NCBI RefSeq assembly: GCF_001194135.2
Contig: NC_068994.1
Coordinates: forward strand, 58,977,421 to 59,041,420
Direction: 5' to 3'
DNA from: Octopus bimaculoides
Taxonomy: Eukaryota
DNA: 64,000 nucleotides
A program made the position numbers and the translations under genes. Of this stretch, positions 47,776 through 62,344 are shown in pieces; within the stretch, counting starts at the first letter, position 1; the number at the start of each line of letters is the position of its first letter. A model generated the notes under the pieces. The model saw only the letters and a program-made list of their open reading frames with translations. It was not told the origin of the DNA and did not search any database.

Positions 47776-48464
47776 ACACACACACACACACTATTAAAAC
47801 TAAATGAATAAAGGAACAGGGAAAGTAGAAAACATTTACCTTTTAGGATACAAAAAAGCCAATGAAAACCCAGCAGAAAATGTTTCATCATTACTGTTCT
47901 GCTGTTTCGTACTGTCAGTCATCTCCTACTCTCCCTACCTTCCCATCATGCACTACATCCATCCTCAGACCCTGCCCTATTTTTATGTGATTGCTTACCT
48001 CCCCTTCCATCACCCATTCCCTCTCTCTCTCTCCCTATGTACTCTCTTCCAACTTCCATCCACCCACACTCTTCGTCCCTATGCTCCACCTCTACTCACT
48101 CTGTACCATGAGGGTCCACCCTGACATCTCATCACTACATATTTTCTTTTTATCTCTTTCCAACTCCACCTGATCACCCCCACCCTCCCTTCCTCAAGAA
48201 ACTTGTTTTGCTCTGGTCCCTTTCTCCAACTTTTACCCTTCATCTCCTAGCATTATGTTACCCCCCTCAGGGTTCACAGCCACTTTGCCAACCACTGGTT
48301 AAAGTTAGGAAGGGCATCCAGCCATAGAAACCATAGCAAAGCAGACCTCACTGGAGCCCAATGCAGTCTTTTGGCCCATTGGATCCTGTTAGACCATGCA
48401 AACCATACAAACATGGAACACGGACATTAAATGATGATTGGATACCCCTAATGCGTCAGGCAAT

Positions 48465-48803
48465 ATGATATGCATGAGAAGACCTGTTGAGTCAAGTAAA
48501 ATCAATATCGTAACTGTGGCCAGTGCCCCCTGACTGGCTCCCATGCTGGTGGCATGTAAAAAGCATCATCTGAACATAGCTGATGCCAGTACCCTGACTG
48601 GCCCATGTGCCGGTGGCATGTAAAAAGCACCCACTACACTCTTGAAATGGTTGGTGTTAGGAAGAGCATCCAGCTGTAGAAACATTGCCAGATCAGATTG
48701 GAACAAGGTGCAGCTGCTGGTTTTACCAGACTTCAGCCAAACCGTCCAACCCATGCCAGCATGGAAAACAGATGTTAAACGATGATGATGGTGATGATGA
48801 TGA
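48465..48803 (+). mobile_element. SINE family C with an RTE-like tail ending in (GAT)n
   Basis: Internally duplicated gccagtg..ggtggcatgtaaaaagca unit, then gttaggaagagcatccagc..catgccagcatggaaaac..ttaaacgatgatg. Related tails at 5160-5312(-), 24430-24665, 42450, 44040-44247, 54575-54752 and 55866-55995(-). Confidence 0.8.
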
Positions 48804-49394
48804 TTGCTCCATCCTCATAGATGACTGCCATCTCCTTGCGTTTCCTTGTTGTTAATGGCACTTCTAACTTCCATCCATGACCTCTCATATGACTACTCCG
48901 TCCTGCTGCGTTGTGTAATAGTGCATTTCCAACTGATTAGGTCTGCACATGTTGCCACTCTTCCATCGCCATAGGACTTTCATTTGATGGAATGACAAGC
49001 AAGAAATAAGGTCACCATAAAGAGACATCTGTACATCATTGGATTATAGTGACAGACGCTTGTACAACACAAGCACCACTCTCTGAGTGTCTGTGATTAG
49101 CATTTAGTGCAAGGCCAAAGTGAGATGACTAGCAATCACACCGAAACTGCAAGTTTTATATTCAACTTGGGGTCCGTCACTCAAAATTGTTTTATTTACA
49201 TGCAAATTAACTCATAGCTGGTACCGTGGCAGTTCAGAGTAGACCTGGAAATAAGAATGGTTAAGAGGTAGTTCCACACACCTCACAACCCTGGAACTGC
49301 CACACTGAGGCCCCAAATACCAGATGCTGTTTTAAAGTCATACCAGTGTATACGCACACACACACACACGCACACACCTATACATAGAATACTG

Positions 49395-49745
49395 GAAAGA
49401 AATGAAGTTTGTTCTGTTGGATGTGCAATATGAATGTGCATGAAAGACAAAGCAGAAAGGTGCTGAGAGAAAAATTGAGAAGAGGAATCAGATGTTGTGT
49501 GCAAGAAAGAAGATGATGCTGGTATGGCTATAGGATGCCTATGGATGGAGGAGAGCTGTCTAAAGAAATGCCAATCACTAAATGTGGTTGAGACTTGTGG
49601 ACAGGAGAGACCCAAGAAGACATAGGATGAAGTGATGAAAGCCAACTTCAGGACCCTGAACCTCATGGTGATGACGACAGACCAGGATGTCTAGCAATAT
49701 GAGGTCCTTGAAAAAACTTGCTCTTCTGGAAGCAGCAGTGTATAT
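49395..49745 (+). mobile_element. RTE LINE 3' fragment
   Basis: Continues the sequence where the 3265-4978 copy ends (tgtgcaat.tga.tg.gcatgaa); encodes a CGQERPKKT-like (GRPRKTW) region. Confidence 0.7.
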
Positions 49746-49924
49746 ATTGTGCTCCCCACCACCTCTTACAATGATTTATTCCCCCACCCCACCTTTGCAC
49801 TGAATCAAATTACCCCCCCCCAAACATGCACAATGCCTACCTCCCAGCTCCTGAAGACTACCCAACCATGTCACTTCTCTCTTTTCTCTTCCCCCCGCCC
49901 CTGTATCATCATTGCTATCCAGCC

Positions 49925-50250
49925 GTAAAGTCATGTGGCTTAGTGGTAAGGCTATCCAGCTCATAATTGTAAGGTCCCAAGTTCGATTCCTGGCAATGCA
50001 TTGTGTCCTTGAACAAGACATTTTATTTTACATAGCATCAGTCCATGCAGCTGGCAAAAATGAGAGAGTAGTACCTGTATTTCAAAGGGCCACGCTGAAT
50101 CTCCCTGTGTCACGCTGAATCTCCCTGAGATCTTCGTTAAGGCTACGCGTGTCTGTGGAGTGCTCAGCCACTTGCACGTTAATTTCCCCAGCATGCTGTT
50201 CTGTCGATAGGGTCAACTGTAACCCTAGTTGTCATAACTAATGGAGTGCC
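49925..50250 (+). mobile_element. tRNA-derived SINE family D
   Basis: ggcttagtggtaag A-box, agttcgattcc B-box, gtccttgaacaagaca core; related pieces at about 24850-24985(-) and 63330-63485(-). Confidence 0.75.
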
Positions 50251-51053
50251 CCCCGCCGCGCCACACGTTTGGTTGTACCTAACTCTCGGCCCTTGAGGCA
50301 CTCTGTAACTGCTGCCGATTAATATATATATATGCGCGCGCGTCTTATATTAATCAACAAGTGTTCCGCCATTTAATTACTACTTGTGGCTATTATTACT
50401 ATTTTCTATGAGCCCTTATTTTCTCTCATCTCTTCTCATCATCATCATCTTCATACGTTAAAACCATGACAACGACGGGCGAAGCTGTATGAGAGCGAGG
50501 AGAGAGAAGAGATAAGAGATATTGGGATCCATTAAATAGGGTTAGTAGCAGCAGAGGTAATTAAATAGAGAAACACTTGTTGACAATATATACGTGTGAG
50601 GGAAAAGAATGCAGCCAGACAATGTTGTAATAATAATAGCAAGTGTGTGGGTGAATGGTCGAGTTAGGTGTAAGGGAAGAACTCAATCCTAGACAGACAC
50701 CACTCTTCGCGTTCTCGCTCCTTCCCTTTACAAAATGGCTCCAGAATGGTTTGGTCGTCTCTAACAGATTCGGAGAACTGATCAACGCCAAATACGCTTC
50801 ATTTGGTATCTAAGATTCTTCCAAGAAATAGATTATTACTATTATTTTTTATTTATTTCCAAGTGAAATGCCTAATATATGACACAGGCAGAATATACTG
50901 GAGGGAGAAAAATAATCAGATTGCATGTCCCGTATAAAGAATCATATGTGTGTGTGTTATAATTATATTTATATATATAATAATTATTACTTATACGATT
51001 ATTTTCCATGCTCGCCACTTGATATGATCGTTATTCTAAATAATGGTCTTACC

Positions 51054-51091
<38 letters not shown>

Positions 51092-52062
51092 GTGAAGATA
51101 TTTGTGTAACCTAAGTTTAATGTTGGTTACGATTGTTTCAATAGCATTCCATATCACATCCCATTACCCACCATTACCCATTAATAATTATAAGTAATAA
51201 ATTACACAAGACTTGTATAAGTTATAGAGATCATGTCTATTATCTTAACATGTCTTAACGTGTAGAGAGAGCTGGAAATCGTACAGAGGGTTGCATAAGG
51301 AATACGGCAACACTTTCATAAATCCCCAATAACCTTACTACTACTACTACATACATACNNNNNNNNNNNNNNNNNNNNNNNNNNNNNNNNNNNNNNNNNN
51401 NNNNNNNNNNNNNNNNNNNNNNNNNNNNNNNNNNNNNNNNNNNNNNNNNNNNNNNNNNNNNNNNNNNNNNNNNNNNNNNNNNNNNNNNNNNNNNNNNNNN
51501 NNNNNNNNNNNNNNNNNNNNNNNNATATATATATATATATATATATATATACACGCACATACACACCTGTCGTTCCCTTTCTCAGCACTGACAGGACAAA
51601 TTTGCGATTTAATGTCAGGTAAACCTTAATCAAGCAAAAAAAGGTTTGCAGAACTACATCCTCAAATGTGCCCTAACATTGTTTAAGGTCGTAGAGTGTG
51701 AATGATATAAAGGATATATATATGCCTATAATTTCTAGCAAGTCGAGCGACCACGTATCAGTGAATCTCCCTCATTGGGTCGGCCAGGAATTACTAGAAG
51801 GCAAACACAATCGATTGAAGTGAAACCAGGATCAGAACGGACAGCCACTTACTTCACCGACACACACACACACACACCATACAGCTCAATCGTACTTAAG
51901 GTGACAATCCCTAATGATCACTTTGTAAACAGTTTATAGATTAACTGATATTCATGCCCTTCCAAAAGACACGACAACGCCATACTAGTCACTTCCAACC
52001 TCACCTTCATTTTGTCCAACCAACCATAAATAAGAAATGTACATGTGTGTGTGTATTGTGTA

Positions 52063-52111
<49 letters not shown>

Positions 52112-53035
52112 GGGTAAAAATAGGTCAAGAAGGCGATATAGATACAGGCAATTAGTGATCAGATTGGACCAGGTACCTAAAATCCAATGACACACACACA
52201 TTCCTAATTTCTATTAAATAACGTATCTTCAAAAACGAAAGGAAAAAAAATTAAGCGGTATTAAATTGTATAATAGCGAGGTTTTCTAATCAGATACACA
52301 CATTTCGCAGTAAGAGAATAAAATCATTCGATTGACATAGTATCTAATCCCTTAACAGGTTCCCTACTATATTTTGTGGACCTTGCCCTCCACTCATTTG
52401 GGTACAACAGATGGTTGATAGTGAAACTAGGCAAAAAAAAATTGGGAGCGAAAAGAAATTAATTATGAAATAAACGGAAATTGAAAACAAAAATCGATAA
52501 ATGGATAATCCTTGACGCTTAAGGCGAGCCGCAGAGACATGTAATGTTAAGGTAATATTAATTTAAGAGGAGATAATAATAATAATAATAATAATAGAGT
52601 ATGTGGGAGGATATTGGAATTTAGGATAATGGAGAGAAAAATACAGTTTCGGTTTTATAAAGAAGGTTATGGAAATTTGAGGCATTAATACGTTCTTCCG
52701 TCGTGCTTGTTTTGGTAGTCTTTTTAAATGAACGACAAAGGCCAAGAAATAAAAGCAGAAAGGCAGCAGCAGCTGTAGTAGTACTCGTTGTAGTAATGAT
52801 AGTAGCAGCAGCAGCAGCAACGATTACATTAAGGAGGTCAATGTCCTCTGGAGGAGTGTGTGAACGAATAGAGCAGAAATAAAGTACAATGCAATGGTGA
52901 TGATATATATCGGATACGATGTCATGATAAAGAAGTAGAGTGTAACTAGGGTTTGAAAAAAGAAAGGTATTAAATAAAGTGTGTGTGTGTGTGTATATAT
53001 ATATATAATTATTACAAATTGCTGATCCCTTATTA

Positions 53036-53078
<43 letters not shown>

Positions 53079-53226
53079 ATGGGTGGTGATAAGGAGGAAC
53101 AAAAACGCATGTATGTGTGTAGACTTGTTTGAGTTGGCTCCATGCTGCGGAAAACACAGAGCGGCCTAAAATATTNNNNNNNNNNNNNNNNNNNNNNNNN
53201 NNNNNNNNNNNNNNNNNNNNNNNNNN

Positions 53227-53273
<47 letters not shown>

Positions 53274-53500
53274 TATATATAGTACTAGCCGATATAAATG
53301 CTCGTTGGTTGGTTGGGTGGGTGGGTGGTTTTCGATTCACGCTTTACGTCAAGTAGAGAGAGGGGTAGAGAGTAAAACAGCAATAGTCAGAGAGAGAGTT
53401 AACATAAGTGGTACAAGAAAAAGAGCGCAGGGAAAGAGTCATTGAGAAGAAGGAAGAGGAGAGGAAGATAAAGCGAGGGAGTAAACTAGAGAAGTTATGG
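50250..53500. promoter_or_regulatory. CpG-retaining domain, candidate promoter/first-exon region
   Basis: CG dinucleotides visibly more frequent than in flanking intergenic DNA, with no ORF or young transposon to explain it. Not quantified. Confidence 0.35.
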
Positions 53501-53829
53501 GAGGAGTTATACAAATGAGAAACTTCTTTTAATTTTATTGGGTGGTGGTAATAAATATATCTCTTTTGAAAATAGTATTTATTACATCACTTTGTACGAG
53601 CAATAAAACATTATAAATATAGATATATAGACATGCAATAGTTTTTATGATATTACCAACAGTGACGAGAGTGTCTTTCCAAGGGGCTAGGTTTAGGTCT
53701 CATTAAGCTGGGCACCTTGTGGAGGTCCTTAGAGTTTAGATGGTTTTCGTTACCTAAGTGATCAAATTAGCAGCAGGGGTACTCGCGAAAGGTCTGTTTC
53801 AGGAGAGCAGAAATAGTCACTTGATATAC

Positions 53830-54080
53830 AGCAAGGACAATCTGGAGACACCCTCGTGCAAAAACCTATATTGACAGTCTTTGAGATATCCCTTGTATCA
53901 CCAAAGCAAGGGACACCAAAACTAACAGCACCAGGAACCAAATTTGATCTTGGAAACTTCCAGATGGAAAGAACCCCAGGACTTTAATAAAAAGACATGA
54001 TTGAAGAGCATCCCGGATAAGATGGCATGCCTCACAAAGTCTACAAAAGGTGTTTCATTCTGACCAACAAATTATTTTTC
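53830..54080 (+). mobile_element. Possible CR1-like LINE 3' remnant
   Basis: FNKKT*LKSIPDK resembles the FK.KLD.FL..IPD.P terminus; short and degenerate. Confidence 0.3.
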
Positions 54081-54139
54081 CGTCTCTGAAGAGCTTGGAA
54101 AGAGAAGGTAATCATGAGATGATAAATAAGAGCAGAAGG

Positions 54140-54207
54140 TATTTGCCTCCCCAAGAAGTAGAACTCACCGATTCTAAACCAATTCAGACCAAATTCCTAA
54201 CTAAATG

Positions 54208-54252
<45 letters not shown>

Positions 54253-54420
54253 NNNNNNNNNNNNNNNNNNNNNNNNNNNNNNNNNNNNNNNNNNNNNNNN
54301 NNNNNNNNNNNNNNNNNNNNNNNNNNNNNNNNNNNNNNNNNNNNNNNNNATATATATACATTTAGTTAGGAATTTGGTCTGAATTGGTTTAGAATCGGTG
54401 AGTTCTACTTCTTGGGGAGG

Positions 54421-54426
<6 letters not shown>
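54140..54426. repeat. 73-bp perfect inverted repeat flanking (TA)n and an N gap
   Basis: 54140-54212 is the exact reverse complement of 54354-54426. Confidence 0.92.
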
Positions 54427-54463
<37 letters not shown>

Positions 54464-55504
54464 GTATGTATGTATGTGTATGTATGTATGCATGTATGTA
54501 TGTAAGTATATGTATATGTAAAGATAAATATACAGACAGATAGATACATGGATAGATAAATTAGATAGTGGGTGCATGTACAAACACTCTCGGAGTGGTT
54601 GGCATCAGGAAGGGCATCCAGCAGTAGAAACTTTGCCAAGTCAGATTGGAGCCTGGTGCAACCTTCTGGCTTGCCAGTCCTCAGTCAAACCATCCAACCC
54701 ATGCCAGCATGGAAAACGGACATTAAACAACAACGATGATGGTGATGATGATTGATAGATAGACACATAGAGAGAGAGAGAGAGAGAGAGAGAGTGACAG
54801 ATAGATATAAATACACATAAATACAAACATATACAAATATAAACGAAAGCACACACACACACACACACACACACACAAGCATAAACATATAACAAATAAC
54901 ATATAAAAAAATTGCTATTTCAAAGGCTATTTACACCAATGACATAAATTTTAAAATTGCCATGTCTATTGGTGATTTGTGGATGCCTTGAGTAAAATAT
55001 ATGAATAAAACTTGTAGGGGTTGAAAAGGGGTGCAAAAGACTGCAGATGGGGGTAAAGGAGACGGGGATAGAAAATTAAGACATTTAAAACTTTTATTAC
55101 ATGCACATATATAGAAACACCACACAACCACATTAATTAACCAGCAGAAAAATTATCAAGATATACACACAATACAAACACACCCAGAGGTAAGACGTAC
55201 ACGTTTGCTCACACACAAATAAATTATTAGGTTGGAAAGCAAGTCTTGCCACATTTCTGACCTGATCCCTTTGAGAGGACTTTTTAAACACTTCTGATAA
55301 ACGAAGCATTAACTTTTAGATCCTGATGTTTGTTTGCAGATTATTTTAAACCACAGAGGTTTAAATGACTTTAGATCAGACCCCTACCTGACACTGCATA
55401 GGGCATGAATTCTAAAGGGCTTCTTCAACAATGGAAGCAGCAAGAAATAACCATTCTGTCTATGGAGGTTTAGAGAACTCAATATATATATATTCACCTA
55501 TGAG

Positions 55505-55865
55505 TGCACTGCATAATTTCTTATGTCTTTCTCATTCTAATACGTAAGGTTCTGAGTTCAATCCCAAGGCACCTTGGGCAAGTGGGTGTCTTCTACTATA
55601 GTCTCGGGCTGAACAAAGCCTTGTGAGTGGATTTGGTAGACAGAAACTGAAAGAAGTGTGAGTGTGTGTATCTGTATGTCCACACCATTGCTTGACAACC
55701 AATGTCGGTGTGTTTACATCCACGTAACTTAGAAGCTCAGAAAAAGAGACTGATACAATAAGTACTAAGGCTTACAAAGAATAAGTTCTGGGGTCAATTT
55801 GTTAGACTAAAGGCGGTGCTCCAGCACTGCCACAGTCAAATAACTGAAACAAAAGAATAAAGGAA
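55505..55865 (+). mobile_element. tRNA-derived SINE family A
   Basis: gagttcaatccc..accttgggcaagtg..ttgtgagtggatttggtaga..aataagtacta..gactaaaggcggtgctccagc. Confidence 0.85.
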
Positions 55866-55987
55866 TATATATCATCATCATCATCATCTTCATCATCATC
55901 GTTTAACGTCCATTTTCCAAGCTGGCATGGGTTGGATGGTTTGACTGAGGTCTGGAGAGACAACGGCTGCACCAGGCTCTGATCTGA

Positions 55988-56032
<45 letters not shown>

Positions 56033-58186
56033 NNNNNNNNNNNNNNNNNNNNNNNNNNNNNNNNNNNNNNNNNNNNNNNNNNNNNNNNNNNNNNNNNNNN
56101 NNNNNNNNNNNNNNNNNNNNNNNNNNNNNNNNNNNNNNNNNNNNNNNNNNNNNNNNNNNNNNNNNNNNNNNNNNNNNNNNNNNNNNNNNNNNNNNNNNNN
56201 NNNNNNNNNNNNNNNNNNNNNNNNNNNNNNNNNNNNNNNNNNNNNNNNNNNNNNNNNNNNNNNNNNNNNNNNNNNNNNNNNNNNNNNNNNNNNNNNNNNN
56301 NNNNNNNNNNNNNNNNNNNNNNNNNNNNNNNNNNNNNNNNNNNNNNNNNNNNNNNNNNNNNNNNNNNNNNNNNNNNNNNNNNNNNNNNNNNNNNNNNNNN
56401 NNNNNNNNNNNNNNNNNNNNNNNNNNNNNNNNNNNNNNNNNNNNNNNNNNNNNNNNNNNNNNNNNNNNNNNNNNNNNNNNNNNNNNNNNNNNNNNNNNNN
56501 NNNNNNNNNNNNNNNNNNNNNNNNNNNNNNNNNNNNNNNNNNNNNNNNTCATTATGTCTCTCACCCTCCCACCCACAATCTTGCAACCTTTAATCACCCA
56601 CGCTCACCTGTCATCTCCCCCCTCCCCACCACCCTATTTGTAGTTTTATTATCCAGTGGCTCTTCACCCCCCTCAATGTTATCACCTTCCTCCCTCCCCA
56701 ACTTATATTTACCATCAACCACCTCTCCACCCTCCCTCACCCTTTACCACATCCACCTCCCCTTTCTGACCATCACTCTCCTCCACCCACCCTGATCTAT
56801 CTCCACACTCCTTTCTATTCATCTTGTACCTTGAGGGTACACTCTCACATTTCCTCCACCATTATCTTTGCAGATCTACCCCAAAACCACCTGCCTACCC
56901 TAAAATAATACCCGGGAGGGGGGCATGTAGCTCTTCAACAGCAACAAGCCTATTCATTTTACCATACTTTAAGTCACTTCCNNNNNNNNNNNNGGGGGGT
57001 CTGTTTAGTTTTATGGGTTCCATGGCAAACTGACAAACAGGGGTGGCACAAAAAAGGCACCCTGCCGGCACACTTTGTATGGATACCCTTCCATTAGGAA
57101 GCGTATCCATGTATAGAAACCATACCAAAGCAGACATTGGAACAGAAATCAGTTCTTCAACTTGGTCGGATCCTGTCAGAACCATGCAATCCATCCATGC
57201 CAGTATAGAAAACTGACATTAAATGATTATGATGATGATGATGATGATGATACATTAAATAGAGACAGAAAGAGAGAGAGAGAGAGAGAGGAAAAGAAGG
57301 AACTTACTTTAAGGCAGCAGCAACTGCTATTATTGGGATTCAATTCTATCTGCACATAACACACACACAGACACACACACACACACAGACGGAGAGGAAG
57401 AGACAGGAAGAAGACTAACCTTTATGTCTACCACTAACTAATCTTCCACAGGCATATTTTGATTCCCTGTCAAAATCAACAATGTCTCTGAGAGAAAAGG
57501 ACTATCACACACTCCATAGTCCTTCTTCCTTTATTCCATTGTCTTCTAAACCCCCACCCCACCCCTATCTCCACGCTCCCACCACCGCATATATCTATCT
57601 GTCTAACGCTCCCCTCTTAAACCTTCTACCTTTTCCTTACAAGCACATGTGTAAAACCTTCCCCACCAACATGAAATAGTGAGAGAGAGAGACAGGCAGA
57701 TAGACTGAATAAGAGAGAGGGAGAGGGAGAGAGAGAAAGAAAGAGAGACAGACACACAGACTGAATGAGAGAGAGAGAGAGAGAGAGAGGATAGCAACTC
57801 CAGTAACAACTACAAGTGTCAATCTACCTCAAAATCTTCAGAGACCCAATATCACCTTTTTTTTCTTTCACTTTTGCTAAGTAACCTACCCCCCCCCCAC
57901 CACCACCACCATCGCCACCACCACCACCGCCATTAGTAGTAGTAGTAGTAGTAGTAGTAGCAGTTGTGAAGAGCAGTGGTAGTGCCGTTGGTAGTTACTA
58001 CTCAATATTTATTGATTTCTAAGTATTGCAAAATCTAGTCCAAACTAATGGGTACCTATAAGCATCCTACTTCCCAGATGACCTCGCATTCCTCTCCTTG
58101 CCTTGTCTGTACCCCACCATCATCATCATCATCATCACAACCATTGTTGTTGCTGTGGTCCTTTGCTGATAACACAACTGAGTGAT

Positions 58187-58335
58187 GGATCAACGGATGA
58201 AGGCACGGATGGACGGATGGGTGGACGGGTGGATGAATGGATGGATGGATGAATGGATGGATGAAGGCACGGATGGATGGATGGATGGATCAACGGATGA
58301 AGGCACGGATGGACGGATGGGTGGACGGGTGGATG
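58187..58335. repeat. GGAT-based satellite with a 100-bp higher-order period
   Basis: caacggatgaaggcacggatggacggatgggtggacgggtggatg at 58191 and again at 58291. Confidence 0.9.
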
Positions 58336-58528
58336 GATTTGGTGGCTGAACACTAGAAACACATGAACTGTGTATTTCTCTAACAGTCCCCCTCTCTTCC
58401 TTTCTCTGTGTGTATATTTGTGAATATATATATGAATGCATACTTAAACGGGTAGTTGGGGATTGAAAATATATATATATATGATATATATATATGCATG
58501 TATGTGTGTATGCATGTATGTATATGTA

Positions 58529-58562
<34 letters not shown>

Positions 58563-58971
58563 ATGTGTGTGTGTGTGTATCTATTTCAATCCATCTTTCT
58601 TTCCATCTATTCATCCATGAATTTATGTGTGTCTTATTCATTCATCTATTCATCTATTTCTGCATCAATCCATCTGTCTATCTGTCATCCTCTCTACTCA
58701 TCCATGAATATATCTGTCTGTTTGTCTCGTCTATCCAATCATCTATCTACCTCACCAATAATCAACCTGACTATATCTCCCTCAATAAATTTATTTATCA
58801 GGGTAGGATGGACGGAATGATTCAGTACCATATCATTGTCGTTCCAGTCTCTTTTCTCTTTTACATCCTTAAACCCTGAACAGAAATCTCAGACCTAAAC
58901 CTTCCCTTCTACTAAACCCCAAAAACCTTAAATCTAAGGGAACATCTAAATTTAACCTGACCGAAGTCGGT

Positions 58972-59175
58972 GTGCTGGCAGTGCTGTAGAATTGTTAGCA
59001 AGCTGGAAGAAATGTTCTGAGTTCAAATTTCACCAAGGTTGACTTTGCCTTTCCTCCTTTCGGGGTCAATTAAATAAGTACCAGTTATGCACTGGGGTCG
59101 ATGAAATCGATTAGCCCCCCCACCCCCCACCCCCCACCCTTATGCCAAAAATTCAGGCCTTGTGCCTATAGTAGA
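58972..59175 (+). mobile_element. tRNA-derived SINE family B with a conserved central domain
   Basis: gagttcaaatttc..gactttgcctttc.tcctttcggggtc.at.aaataagtaccagtt..ctggggtcgat. Further copies at about 240-393(-), 16355-16770(-), 17010-17350(-), 31720-32205(+), 41760-41975(+) and 43330-43460(+). Confidence 0.8.
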
Positions 59176-59501
59176 AAAGCTCTTTAGAAGTGTTCTGCCT
59201 GCTTGGAATTCTTCATGCAATTAGAAGGGGGGAAAAAGAAAACAAAACTCCTTTAAGAGTGTTTAATATGAAATTCAAGAAAGAAGGAAGACAAATCAAT
59301 AATATTGGCTTTTGTACATTTTCTGACAATAAACACAAATGCAGTTAGGAGTGACTCTCTTCAGTCCAACTGGTGTTGTGTCTTTACAACAACAGATCCA
59401 AACAATTGGATTGGCTGACACTGTTAGACGACTTATCTCTCTCACATGGTTTTAAATCAATTTTAAACATACTTTGAGTCAGTTAATCAATTTTTCAACT
59501 C

Positions 59502-59547
<46 letters not shown>

Positions 59548-59607
59548 ATGTCTATCTATCTATCTATCTATCTATATATATATATATGTCTAAAAATATA
59601 TATATAC

Positions 59608-59728
<121 letters not shown>

Positions 59729-60201
59729 ATTAATTAGTTATAGAATTCATTAGAATCTGGGCAGATCAACATGTAGAATGCCAGAAATGGCTAGGTTGTA
59801 CAATAACATGGAGTTCACAGTGAGATAAAACAACCATGAAGGAATCATGGGTTGGTAGGATACTGTAGATATGGAAGTACCAAATCCAATTGAAACTGTA
59901 GAGCTGATTCAGGGTTGGTTCCAGATGCAACGTATGTTCTTTGAGGTGGAGAGAGAAAGAGAGAGAGAAAGAGATGGTGTATTTAGTCGGCTTACGCACA
60001 GTTCCCATGTCAACCCAAGCATAGAAGACACTCCAGCTGTATCACACAGCAGTATCTAACCGGGAACCATGGTGTTGCAAAGTGGGGTTTTTAACTACAC
60101 ACACCCCTGACTCTGCCAATAATACACACACACACACAATATCATGCACACACACACAATATTGCACACACATACTATATTGCACACATCCACATCCATC
60201 T

Positions 60202-60244
<43 letters not shown>

Positions 60245-60603
60245 GCAGCTACTACTACAGCTACTACTAACATTTAAATTCTGTTTCTGTGTGTATTTCT
60301 TGTTTTTAGACTAAACCATTCTCACAATAAAATGCTTTAAGCTATGAACTCTTCAGGCATAAAAACCCTTGTGTCTAAACAAATTTTCTAAGGAATCTGA
60401 TCCCAGGAAGACCCAGAATAGAAGAAATTCTTTTTTTTTTTTTTTTTTTTTTTCATAATCATGCAAACACTTCAGAAAATGTTGTCACTGATTCTGAATG
60501 AGAAGAAAATGACAATAACGTGCTAAGCAGGACCTGAACACAAGCAACACTTAAACAGAAAGTACAAGTCATTCCTCATGAAGTCATACACAGTATAATG
60601 GAC

Positions 60604-60648
<45 letters not shown>

Positions 60649-62344
60649 TAAATAAATACTTAGAAGGGAGGGGGGGGTGATATTCACATCAAAAACACAG
60701 AGATGCATCAGCTCAAGCATATACACACACTTAACATAATGATGCATATGAGAAAGGTTTACATAGAAAAGTAAAAAAAGGAACACAAACACACATACAC
60801 ACACTCACATATATATATATATATTCATACACACATGCATACTTTTACATGTGCATACACACACACACACACACAGTTCTCTGCAAAAAACGAATGCACA
60901 GATTCACTGAATGAGTGAAGAGATAAGTTTCCTTTCTGTTCTTACATAATTTTTCAAACCTCTTTCTCTCTCTCTCTTTCATTCTCATACACATTTTTGT
61001 TTTCCTTCGATATTTTTTTTCTTTTACTAGTTTCAGTGATTAGGCTGCGGCCATGCTGCAGCACTGCACTGAAGGGTTTCAGTCAAACAAATCAACCCCA
61101 GGACTCGTTTTTGAAAATCTGGTACCGATTCCATTGGGATTTTTTTGCCAAACAGCTTACAAGCAAACCTGTCAAGTGGTGTGGGAACAAACGTGCACAC
61201 ACACACACGGCGAGGGGGGTGGCAGTAGTAGTATGGATATGGCAATATCAGAGTTTACAACATCAGTTTCACACTCCTGACTAGAAAACAATTCCATCAT
61301 ACAAATCTGTAAGAGGTGGGGGGGGGTTTCTCTTTGGGTTTCCCTTTTCTCCAAGAGCCTGCTTGCTAAACCTCATATGTATATATATATATATATGTAT
61401 ATATCAACCTTTATCATTTACATCATCATCATCATCATTTGACACATGCACAACTGTGCCCTTTTCCCAATTTCCTTCCTCTTCAAGACACCCACCACCT
61501 TCCTCACCGTAACCCTTTCTCGATTCCCCTTTTTCTTAATAACCCAGAACTACTCCACTTGTTTTGTCCTCCATTAATACTTCTCTCTCCACCCACATTT
61601 CTATTGATCCCTTCCCTAACAGCTGGGTCCTTCCTTAACACCAACCACTTTACAGAATGTTCTGGGCTACTTTTTTCATGCCACTGGCAGCACTAATGGG
61701 GTAGCCATGCAGTTTGCAAGAGGAGGGGGGGGGACAACTTAATGCTAGAAGAATGAGGAGCAAACAAGGGTTAGAAAGGGAAAGAAAAGGGGCAGAGCAG
61801 AACAGGTTACTTACATTTTGGACGGTGGGGGGTGGGTGATTAAGTGGAGCTGAAGAATAATAGAAACAAAATGGAGGTGGGGTGTCAGGGTGGACCTTTA
61901 GAATATGGGGTGGGTAGGGAAGAGGTAGGGGTGCCAGGAGTGAGTAAATAAGGGTTAATGGATGTCTGATAAAGTGGTGTTGGGGGGGGGACAACGACTG
62001 GAGAATAAACATGAAGATACAATAAACAGAAGGATGAAAGAGAGATGACATGTTGTGGGATAGGTTGCAGGAGATGGGGAGGATTGTGGCAGATGAAGTG
62101 TATAGAGGTAGGGGCGAGACATATTGTGGCAAAGGGGGAGAGATACTTTGGTGGCACAGTAGAGATGGGGATCATTGAAAGAATGGGTGGAGAGATCGGG
62201 ATTAATGGTTGAAGAATGGAAAACAAGTGTAGAGGTTCTGGGTGGTAAGAAAAGTAGAACTAGGGTTAGGGTTAGGGTTGTCATGAGAGGAAAGAAAACT
62301 GGGAAAAGGGCCCAGTTTGTGCATATACATATATACAGGCACAC

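Noticed and set aside
62261-62279. Three TTAGGG-like units
   Set aside because: Too short to call an interstitial telomere within a G-rich low-complexity tract.
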